DNA of 63,921 nt, the filler included, from Phoronis australis (taxonomy: Eukaryota; Animalia; Phoronida), in assembly GCA_002633005.1 (NCBI GenBank). It is 6 parts of 6 records of this genome, joined end to end, with 100 filler letters (N's around TTAATTAATTAA, not from the genome) between each part and the next. Parts side by side here need not be neighbours in the genome. Positions count along the whole stretch, not along the records: positions 17,512 to 43,463 come from NMRA01000541.1; 5 more parts are not named here. One strand, 5' to 3'. Of this stretch, positions 25,220 through 36,274 are shown piece by piece. The translations under genes and the position numbers were made by a program. The number at the start of each line of letters is the position of its first letter. Within the stretch, counting starts at the first letter, position 1. The notes under the pieces are model-generated. The model was not told the DNA's origin, did no database searches, and was given only the letters and a program-made list of their open reading frames with translations.

Positions 25220-28200
25220 GCTGGCCCCGTTACATAATCCACACTATACTATGTAATACGTGTGTTCATATTCCGGGGGTCTCATCGTTCTGCTGGTAAC
25301 TTAGTTTCGCCTCTACGAACTTACAACTTATTACCAAACTACAAAAATTAAATAACGACTTGTATAAGGCCAGCTATTCTGGTCTTAACCCCGACGGTCC
25401 TTTTGTGACCTGTGCTCACTGACTAAAAAAACGCTCGCCCATATCAAGACAAATTCACCGCTAAGCGATGAGTGAAAAATCCCGCACTGATCATATTTGC
25501 TTGTCTCAGGTGCATTTTGTTCTTTGAAAAAGTGGGCAGTTGAAAAAAATACAGCACTCAAAACTCGATTTTCAAAAAAAAGAAACAAAGACCAGAACTA
25601 ATTACGTTTTTTGGCCAAAAATCGTTCTCAACATTTGTTCATTAAAAGCTACTTGCTAACTCCCATTAAACGTTGCTTGGCAACGGCGAGTTAATTTCAG
25701 CAGCCGGCGAAGCAATATAGTCGTCAAAGAAATTCACAAGCGTTTTATGTGCCGCGGGTAACTAGGGATAGTCCCGACAAGTGGTCACTTCCATTCATTG
25801 CGAAGTTCCACAAGCGCAATTATGTCACGAAAACCGCTCAGCAAACAAAAAACACAAAAACAGGTTTAATTTCCGCTCTGTACTCCCGAATTCACGTCAT
25901 GGCAGTTTTCCTCATCGTTAGTTGTACTATAGAATAGGTTACCAGAGCACCTAACCGTATCGCCGAACTTATATGCTGCCGGCATCCACGGTACCAAGCT
26001 GCTTGATTAAATTAGGCATCTGAATAAATCGCATTGTGGCGAATGGGTTCATTATCTATTAATGGACTCAAAGACCTGGAGTCGTGGATATTCCGCTGTG
26101 TTTAATTGTTAATTGTGGCCTCGTCGATGGTAACCACTGGTGTTCAGAGTAATAAAAAATACACGACTCGGGTTCTCAGTTTTCGAACGTCACATGTGCT
26201 GTCACCCACACATGTTCTACAGCCTAATTCACATCGGAAATTAGTGAATGGAAAATATTTGCGAAGCATTAAGGTGAATTTATTTCACTTGGGCTTGTCT
26301 ATCCTCACGTTTGGTCAATGACAATATTGCGCGGTCTACCATGTCTTTGCTTTCATATCTCATAAGTTTCTTCCCCTGTTTGTTTTCTGTAACTTCGTTG
26401 CTATGTGCTGTAAGAGATTCAAGCGCATTGAAAAACAATCTTCCTGCTTTCGTTAGCAACTGAACGTCTGTTTGTAGAATTTGACACCGAGATTGTCGGC
26501 GCCATCTAGCGCATTAGTTCAGCGCATCTGCCTTATTGAGGACGGTTCGCATTTTCTCGTGTTCTAGGATTCAAAAGTACCCAATATGTTGTATCCTAAC
26601 CGTGGCTTATTTGCTGGAATTTCTAGTTTGACCGAGAGTCATTTCATCAAGGAAAAGGATGTGACTGCGGGAGTGCCAATGCGAACGAAGAAAAAAGATA
26701 CAGTATTGAGGAGAGAGTACTACATACCCGCGTCAAGGGCTTGTCAGCCATTAGACCAGTCCAGCGCAGAGAAACCCCGTCACCTTTACATAACATAGCT
26801 AGGCGTGTCAGTTCACATGCTTCATGCAATCTTATGATATGTTACTGACGTATTACGGGAGAAACATCAGTGATAAGACAAATTGTACTACAACAAACGG
26901 TCAAGTTGTCAGATTATGACTATCTGACTATGTACCGTGGTTTTCACCATGAGGATCAAACTAATATCATTAAACTTGAGAGGCAAAAGAAATTCAAAAG
27001 TTTTTTAAGTGAAACTAAAAATGAACTACATGCAACAGCACTAGATTGACTAACAGTGGCGATCTATGATTCTACTGATGTACAAGGTGACCCTAGAGGG
27101 TGCCCTGTCAAATCAATTTACCCTTTATAACACCAATTTGTCGTCATTAACACCTAAAGCAAAATGAGCTCCTTCGACGCCCCCCCCCACACATGAAGAC
27201 TAAGTGGGACTTCTCCCCACGTAAATATAAATGCTCACTATCTGCATGAAAACAATGTTTATTCACACAACCCACAAAATCACACAAACAATTAACAAAA
27301 AGGCCAATTGTAAATTCAGCATGAATATCAAATTCGGAAATTACATATGACAATATCCAGGCCTTCTGACAATTTACCAGAAGAGTCTGAAACAGAATGG
27401 TCGATCACATGATCTGGAACAGAATGGACGGTCACATGATCTGTGGAAATAAGTGACACTGTCAATGTCTACAAAAATTAAACAAAATGGTGAGAATATG
27501 TGGAATTACAAAAATATATTTTGAAAAATCTAAATTTCTTAAAAAACTAATTCACATAACATATAAAGTTCAAGTTCAATTCACACCTTCAACGAACAAT
27601 TCCCCCAAAACAAGGTTTTTACAGTAGTTGACAAGGAAAATGATAAGGCAAACTGTGGAGCAATATTGGCCAATTTTGGAGGAAAATTGAGAATATTTGG
27701 AATGAACAACATGTTACTGTTCTTGCACAACCTGGCCTAATATATTAAACCAAAAATGACAAAAAATTAGATGTCACCATACAACATTATGACCTCCCTC
27801 CTCCGCCAGGTGGAGTGCAACTGACACAGTCCTCAGCAGCAATGACAAATTGTTGAAACATGTTCAGTCAAACGCGGCAAGTAAAACCATTCTGATATAG
27901 AGATAGTGCAGAATACACCTAGAGTAGTATGTGGGAAACCAATTCAAAATGCTAAGTCTTGGTTTTAAGTGATCTAATGTTTGAAATAATATGAAGCTCT
28001 GCAACCCTTGTCAACTACCAAAAGTTTGGAGTTATTTTGAAGCCTCTTTACAAACTCTATTAAACTATCCAACAATAACTATTGCTTGGTGCAAGTTACG
28101 CAAAAAGCTGTGAGGAAGACTATAGACACATCAAACTGTAGGACACACTCTATAACTGTGAGGATTTAGAACAGTAGAGGTACAAAGTGCAAGTGACAAT

Positions 28201-28345
28201 CGGTTTGTGGCAAAATCACCAAACCAAAGTTTACTATCCTTTGAAACATCAACTCTTCCCACAGTGACAATAATACTGGGTTTATCCGAAACCAAAAACA
28301 AATATCATTCCATCAATACAACAATTGAGCAAGGACTTCTAATGC

Positions 28346-31300
28346 TTATGAGTCACTGGCATCAGAATCAATACTCTCATTTTCCGATTCATTCTCCAAA
28401 CCATCCACCATGTCTGAACCTGAATCACCACTGCCATCTAGAGGTGCACCATTGCCATTGTGTTTTGGCCTCTTTCTGATTCCCTGCCATTGGCTGCGTT
28501 TAAATGCCATGATGCAATGAAGATTTCCACCCACTTTCTTAGTCTTCCGTTTCATCGTACCTTTCCAAAGTCTCCTGATGTCAATGTAATCTGGATTCTG
28601 ATTATTCAAATCCATTGACACATCTTCCCATCTGTAACAGCAAGCCACAATATAGCAGAGGAGACAACTCCAAGGAAAGTGGAAAGTGTCTCCTTTAAGC
28701 TTGAAATCTAGGGTGTCTTCTGCAGACATGAGAAACTCATCAAAAATTTAGATCATATCAGAAACACACATATGTTTGGAATAGAAGGGAAAGCATCCCT
28801 AGTCACTTAAACTTTAAAGGACAGGAACAAAAATGGATGTCATATGGTGATAATCTTTTAAACCATTTCTAAGAACTTAATGCAAAGGAATAGTAAACTA
28901 CAAGGAAATTACTACAAACAGTTATGAAGTAAACACAGGAAATAGTTATCTGACCGTTTAAAATGTATCCCAGGATGCTTTCTGCTAGGGTCACCAATTA
29001 GTATCCATGTCTCCACTTCCTCTTGAGATAGTCCACTTCTGAGATGGGGGAGAAAGTATTCAGATAACAGACTGAATCATCACCACACAGCACAGAAAGT
29101 CAACATAACAAAGGAGAGAAAAAACAAATTAAAAGAAAATACTCAACACCACAAAAAATATTTCCAAACCCAGTGCTTAAACGCAATTTGAGCTTAGGGG
29201 GGTAACTAGTCCAAAGAGTGACTTAGAATTTTGCTGACAGTTGTAAATCATGGGTGTCCTTCACACAAAGTAGGCCTTGGAGAACAGAGCATAAAGCATT
29301 TTGGTGTCTGAAAGTTTCATATGAATTCGATCATCCATTTCTGAGATAAGATGTTCTGAAGTTAGCTAAATTTTCTAGGGTCCAACACAACCTTAACTAC
29401 CATGATAAAGATTATATTTAACCAAAGAAGAGAATGATGCTTACTTATAGGCATGGACAGCTTCAAGTGGTACATCATCATAACCAATAGGGCAGAAATA
29501 ATGATTTTGACAGTGATAGATATATGACGTGTCGTTTCCCTGTAAGCCTTTCTTTAACAAACTGAGCGCATCTGAGGAGCTAATGCCAAATGTTTTGTTT
29601 CTGCCATGAGGTTTGTACAGGAAGTAACATCGACCTCTGACCTTGTAATGATGATTCAACTTGTGGAACCATCTGGAATGTAAAGATGCATTAATTTTAG
29701 AGGAAATCACAATTTTGAATTACAAAGCAAGTTGTAGGCTTCAATAACTTATAATATTCTTAGACTGGAAGAGTGCAACATATTACAGGTACGAACAGTG
29801 TCAAATAGGAATTAAACTTATGATGGTAATTATTACCCTTCATAAATCACATTTGTATTTTATCAAACTGCTTTTTAAGCATTATCAGGCCACAAAAGTA
29901 TTTATTTTTTCAACACTCCATAAAAACAATATCAAGCATAAAATCGTAATCAAATGCACTTGTTTGTACAAGAATCAAGTTACACTGCCTATATGACGTT
30001 TTCTTTCCGTTAACCATTCAAACAAGTATATCTTAAAAGTCATTATGTCAGTCATATGTTTTGCACCCTAAAGTACAAAACAAATCCAATAAATTTCATT
30101 CAACTAATCATGACACAATTGCAGGCCACTGTCTTGTTCAACAGAATACTCTTTAATTAATCAGCTTAACTTTACTTTGCATCCCCAGCATAGACTTGGT
30201 ATAACCAACAGAAGGCGTGCTGCATTACATCTAATATATTATGTCTGCTGCACTAAACCTCCTGTACCATGTCTGTTACCAACGCAACTTACCTCATAAG
30301 AGTGGTGTTTCCTGTGAATGGACCAAACCTTATTTCACCAAATGGTGGCTTGAATCCAAGTATGAGTAACGCCTGCTCTTGAGTAATTGGATTTAAGCTA
30401 TAAAGAAAAAACATTAAGATTAATGTGGTTACATAACAACTGTTCACAAACCTTCAGGGTGTTAACAATGTTGTCACAAACCTTCAGGATGTTTACAATG
30501 TTGTCACAAACTTTCAGGGTGTTTACAATGTTGTCACAAACCTTCAGGGTGTTTACAATGCTGTTACAAACCTTCAGGGTGTTAACAATGTTGTCACAAA
30601 CCTTCAGGATGTTTACAATGTTGTCACAAACCTTCAGGGTGTTTACAATGTTGTTACAAACCTTAAGGGTGTTAACAATGTTGGCACAACCCTTCAGGGT
30701 GTTTACAACGTTGTCACAAACCTTCAGGGTGTTAACAATGTTGTCACAACCCTTCAGGGTCTTTACAATGTTGTCACAAACCTTCAGGGTGTTTAAAATG
30801 TTGTCACAAACCTTCAGGGTGTTTACACCAATGTTGTCACAAATTTACGTTGTGTACATAATAATTTAAACTGTATTTAGATGAAACCTCAATACAATTT
30901 CAGCAATATGGCCACATGCAACCTTACATAAAAATAAGACCATGCTAGATAGTTACATTATAGTTGTGAGGATGGGGATGAGGAGTCCATGGACAACTAC
31001 AGCCATATTGCAGCTACCTCTGCAGTTTTACCCATAATGCTGTCCACCAGGATGGCACTCTTGGCTGCAGTTTTACATTTCATCACTAATTTACAGCAAA
31101 ATTATCTGTCGTTCTATTTATAACAAAAATTGACAAGTATGTCGTTTTTTTCTTTCCTGTGTCAGCTCAGAAACTATTAGTGAGCTAAAATTCCAAAAAC
31201 TGGAAAAATCTGAGTTCAATTAAGAATGTGACTAATGTCTGTATATGCAACTCATTAATCCCAGACAAAGTTGTGTTAAACATAAATAGTAAAGTGGATG

Positions 31301-34269
31301 AAGTATGAAACAAGTGTACTGAGGAACTCACTTTCCAGCTCCAAGTGATGAAAATAAATAGTTCCAGCATGAAACCAGAGAAGACAGGCCACAGGATTTG
31401 GAGTACTGCGGGCGACTCATGCAATACCTGACAAGACAAGTGAATACTTTCATCAGCCACCATGGTCTTTAATAATATCAACTTAACAGTGATGCTTTCT
31501 TCAAGAATCCCCTACTTTTACGTCTGCTTACTGTCAAACTGGCTACAAAAACAACTTATCATTATGACCTGAAATTATTCCTTTTGTCAAATTAGATAAT
31601 TATGACATCTGGGCTTAGAAACTCGTGACAGTTGGTTGAGACCAGGCTCTACAAGTGGCCTTGTCACAGTGCATCTTTTTATGTGGGGAGCATAATTTGA
31701 GCAATAACAAGCTGTCAGCTCTTTGCATAGCATAATTTGAGCAATAACAAGCTGTCAGCTCTTTGCATAGCATAATTTGAGCAATAACAAGCTGTCAGCT
31801 CTTTGCATAGACACAAATACTGAGTAAGGAGCAAGTTGAGACCAAGTTATAGTAGTCAGTGATCTAATTAGTTTCTTTGATGGAAGGTGGATTTAGTCAC
31901 TTTAAACATTTAACTACAATCAAGCTATGACCAAATACTAGAACAGGTTGGTGTCAAAAACCATTTTACTAAAACAATTATTATAGTTATTATTAACATC
32001 ACCACAACTTTGGAAAGAAAGGATTGAATTAATTAACGACAGCACAGTTTAGTAATATGCACCAGCGCTTTAAATCCAGCCATTTGCGTTGTGCTATTAG
32101 ATCACCAGTGGCTTCATTCTTTGGTGGTGAGTAACTGTCTGTCTTCTTTGGGCGGTTAGCAACAGGTGGCCTTTTGGCTGCAATGGAAAATCAATAAGTG
32201 TAAAATAGAATACCAACCACAAACTGGTAGAGTTCCAAGTGCACTAAATATTAAATGAAAATTAAAAAATTTCCTTTAATACTTAGTGCTAAATTGAATA
32301 TGCGTCGAAGTCTACAAACTTTTAACGGATCAGCCAAGGACATTCTAATTGACACTTAAAAACACACGATTAACACCAATGTTAACAAAGGTACAAAGGC
32401 AATGGATAGAGCCACCTGCACCTATAAGAGAACCATGCATGCATCCATTTTGATATTCAACGCGTTTTGAGCAAAGAAAAGTCCAATGATGAAAACATTA
32501 TTTCAGATATAGGTGCCTAGATCAAGAATAGGCACACGAAATGATAAAAAGTGCTCGTGAATTTTCATGAAAAATATAAATTGAATGGCGATTACTAATA
32601 CAAATATCAATTATCTACTGTATTGGTAAATGATTTAAATGTGCAGTGGCAGCCCTGCTCCTCCCCAGTGAAGAATCAGCAGAACTGACCACTCCCACGG
32701 ATATACATTTTGCACATCTTAGTTTTAAACTTGCACTTAAACAATATAGATGCCAAGCGTATATGTATATGAGATTTAGCTTATTAAGTTCCCAAAGTGA
32801 CGACAGCCAAACAATAACACTGATACAATGAAGTCTGGAAACTATCTCTGAAGCCATGAAGTGTAGAGATAATGCTACATCAACTCTTCTTGTTCTGTTC
32901 AGAGAACGATGGTGTTATCCATCAAATCCGCACACATCATACCGGTTCTTTTCTTTTTCTGGAAGCTAGTGACATCTATTTCCCAGACAAAACCTTTGTC
33001 TTCCTTAATTTCTGGCTGCTTCAAAACAACCTCAGAAGATGTGACTGCATCATCAGTCACTTGTGGTACACAGCCATCAGTAAACACTTCACCATCTGTT
33101 GTTGCACATCTTTCACCTGCGACCAGACACATTGGTAACAATCACTTACAGAGGAACCAAATTTTCAGAAGCAGTTTGATGCCTGTTAATCAGTGGAGAA
33201 AACTGGTTCCCAAAATTGGGAACTCCTGTAAAAGACTGTTGCCGGCATTCTAATGAAAAGTAGAATGACTAGAACAACTTGTTACTGCTCACCTGTGTAT
33301 TTGGTCATGGCCTGAATCAAGAACAGTTTTAAGAAATTAGTTAAATTGTTCAGTCATTTCTTTGGCACTCCACAATTTTGTAAAATGCATTTTGTAAGTT
33401 TGAAACTAATTTTTGATGTTTCTGTTCAAAGTTGTAATGAACAGAAGNNNNNNNNNNNNNNNNNNNNNNNNNNNNNNNNNNNNNNNNNNNNNNNNNNNNN
33501 NNNNNNNNNNNNNNNNNNNNNNNNNNNNNNNNNNNNNNNNNNNNNNNNNNNNNNNNNNNNNNNNNNNNNNNNNNNNNNNNNNNNNNNNNNNNNNNNNNNN
33601 NNNNNNNNNNNNNNNNNNNNNNNNNNNNNNNNNNNNNNNNNNNNNNNNNNNNNNNNNNNNNNNNNNNNNNNNNNNNNNNNNNNNNNNNNNNNNNNNNNNN
33701 NNNNNNNNNNNNNNNNNNNNNNNNNNNNNNNNNNNNNNNNNNNNNNNNNNNNNNNNNNNNNNNNNNNNNNNNNNNNNNNNNNNNNNNNNNNNNNNNNNNN
33801 NNNNNNNNNNNNNNNNNNNNNNNNNNNNNNNNNNNNNNNNNNNNNNNNNNNNNNNNNNNNNNNNNNNNNNNNNNNNNNNNNNNNNNNNNNNNNNNNNNNN
33901 NNNNNNNNNNNNNNNNNNNNNNNNNNNNNNNNNNNNNNNNGACAGAGCTGAGAATGTTTCAACCAATTGTGACAGAGCTGAGAATGTTTCAACCAATTGT
34001 GACAGAGCTGAGAATGTTTCAACCAATTGTGACAGAGCTGAGAATGCTTTAGCCAATTATGACAGAGCTGAGAATGATTCGAACTCTTCCTGCAGGTGAC
34101 ACAGAGTTGAAAACAACATTTACAGGGTTACAGTGAACAGACACGTACCGAACGTATTATCCACAGTTTCAATAGCATCAAAGAAAATTTCTTCCACTAT
34201 GGCATTGTCGCTTTCATCACTCCCACTAGATGGAGGTACTGACAGAGTCCTTGATAAATATCCACCCAT
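28346..34269 (-). CDS. BIVM: Basic immunoglobulin-like variable motif-containing protein, 8 coding exons
   Basis: Exons 34269-34149 (MGGYLSR..), 33116-32943 (..[10 protein letters not shown]..), 32177-32063 (..[10 protein letters not shown]), 31427-31332 ([31 protein letters not shown]), 30397-30293 ([34 protein letters not shown]), 29672-29445 ([28 protein letters not shown]), 29038-28955 ([15 protein letters not shown]) and 28631-28346 ([33 protein letters not shown]..stop). All GT-AG and in phase. Extra exons in the N gap cannot be excluded. Confidence 0.93.
30436..30843. repeat. 30-bp minisatellite, ~13.5 copies, in a BIVM intron
   Basis: Unit ttgtcacaaaccttcagggtgtttacaatg. Explains the spurious ORF 30387-30869. 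Confidence 0.95.
31690..31810. repeat. 40-bp perfect tandem repeat x3
   Basis: Unit gcataatttgagcaataacaagctgtcagctctttgcata. Confidence 0.93.
33448..33940. other. Sized scaffold gap (493 N) abutting a minisatellite
   Basis: N run with no TTAA linker; a tandem repeat starts immediately after it. Confidence 0.95.
33941..34110. repeat. 30-bp minisatellite, at least 4.5 copies, extending into the gap
   Basis: Unit gacagagctgagaatgtttcaaccaattgt. Confidence 0.93.
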
Positions 34270-34789
34270 AACTGAAAAAAAAATTATGTGTCATCAAATA
34301 CTGAGAGAGGGCCATTCTTTAAAATAAGGGAGGATTCTTGAAACTACTCAATTCTAACTAATTCCAATGAATAGCTGAACATAAGTGAAACTTATTTTCA
34401 TGAGACACTCCCACAGGCAAATTTAGCTGCATTCTTTGGGGGTACTAACATTGTTTTCGTACTAAAGTCAAGTGGTCCCCCTAAAGTATTGTTCGGGAAG
34501 ATTAAAAATAGAGGTTGGGACACATCAACGAAAAAACAACATTCATTTCACTTTCCTTCTGTTGTAGTTTTTTGTCATTCATTTACTGGTTAAAATTGTA
34601 TAGTCCAAAGTGTCTAAAGTGCAAAATGGGTGGCAAAGAATGTTGCCTTCTCTCTTCCCTAATCCCAAAACAATGAGTCTCAATCCCCGCAAGTGTCTGT
34701 TGTAACTCCAATTGGTAAGAGGCATTCATATTTGCAAGTTGGGTAATGCTATGTAACACATAATGATTTTCATCTCATTAAATCCATTA

Positions 34790-36274
34790 CCAAATGTCAA
34801 TTTTAGTAAAAATACAGTCCCTTGATTATCCCCCCTTGATTATCCGAGACATGTTTTAGGTAATAACGGCTTCCCATAGTTTTATTAATTAGTCATGCCT
34901 TACTGCGGATGTGACGTTTAGCGGGTTAAGAATTTCCCGCCATTTTGTAATCATATAATCTGACTGTGTGACCTGTCGAGTCAGTCATTGTGATGAATTC
35001 GGTTGTCGTTTGCATTTGTTTACGAGTCAGTCAACATGCCGCACAACTCCTGCATACCGGGGTGTACTAGTTATTGTCTCACACGCACTTTGGGTATGCC
35101 AGTACACCACTTTCCAAAAGATGACGCGCTCCGCCGTACTTGGCTCGTTCCTGTGAAAAACACAGCGTTACTGTCCACACAACGTACAAAGCAGTGGAGA
35201 ATTACCGAGTGTGTGGCAAGCATTTTCTGTCGTACGCGGAATCGGTGAAGATTTCTGCAAAACAGCCCCTGAAGAAGGGTGCCATACTGTCGACGTTGAT
35301 TCCAGGCCCTGTCGCCACCCCCGTGAAGTGCACTTTTTGAAGCGAGTGGCCTTGCTAGCTATGGCCTCTACAGTGACTGGAGGCGCTTCATCTACTGTCA
35401 CCCGGCCGTGCCTCGGAACACACCCTAGAGCGTGCAATTCAGGGAACAAGCAGTGATTTGCCCTGTGCTGATGTTGTCCCCAGCTCAGAGCCTGTAAGCA
35501 GCCCTGCAGCGATGTTGAGTAGTGGTAATGAATACAGACCAAGTTCGATACCCAGTGGGGAGGACAGTTCGTCGTCCAGTGGTCAAGCCGGTGAGCCAAA
35601 CTTTGATGAATTTATTGTGGACTTGACAAAAGTATTGGAGCTATATAAAAGGTGTCTGGCGAGGGAGGCACATGGCTGGATGTAAGCAGTTTGGGTGCTC
35701 AGGTTACCATCCAGTGGGAACAGCATAGGCATTGCATTGAGGTTGGCATAACAGTGCACAGCTTGCATTTGCACCAAGACATCCCACCACATCTGTGCTC
35801 AGTCTCTGCCTCACCCCTCTCAACAGCTGTCTTTACTCTGCCTCACTATACTCGGGCGCAAACATATATCCACCCACTGCTACTAAAAACTAAAAAATTA
35901 CTAAATGCTACATAATTGAGTTCTCTAACAACTTAGCTTGTCATAGAATACTCATCGATGGGAAGTAGTGACGACAATTTTAGGAGACCAGTATAAAACA
36001 ACAGTAACTCGAACACACTAGAAACAAAATGGCGGGAAATTCTTAACCCCCTGAACATCACTTTCGGAGTATTGCACAACCAATTAATAAAATTACGGGG
36101 AGCCTTAATTCACTAAAGCGCATGTCTGGAGTAATCATTTATTTATTATTTATTTATTAATGTAATATTTACAACGAGGGTAGCCCCATCAGTTCACACT
36201 GCTTTCCATGGGGGCCCTCAACAAACCTTTTTTTTAATAAAAATGACACGAAAAAAGGTTGCCTTCCGCTTTAA
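34790..36274 (+). mobile_element. Non-autonomous Kolobok-like DNA element with decayed THAP ORF (copy 1)
   Basis: THAP remnant from 35036: MPHNSCIPGC..HHFPKDDALRRTWL..YRVCGKHF..LKKGAI (frameshifted). Inverted ends (gttaagaatttcccgccattttgt at ~34925; caaaatggcgggaaattcttaac at ~36025). Right end ...ttccgctTTAA at ~36274. Homologous to 40414-41713. Confidence 0.78.
36137..36222 (-). mobile_element. Short LINE 3'-tail insertion (CR1/L2-like) inside the right end of the Kolobok-like element
   Basis: An (ATTT)n tail plus the stem-loop gagggtagccccatcag...catgggggccctc interrupts the TIR. Confidence 0.55.

Noticed and set aside
30387-30869. 160-aa ORF of [10 protein letters not shown] repeats
   Set aside because: It is the translation of a 30-bp minisatellite lying antisense within a BIVM intron.
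33346-34099. Long ORFs of 198-228 aa
   Set aside because: They consist mainly of the N gap plus a minisatellite.
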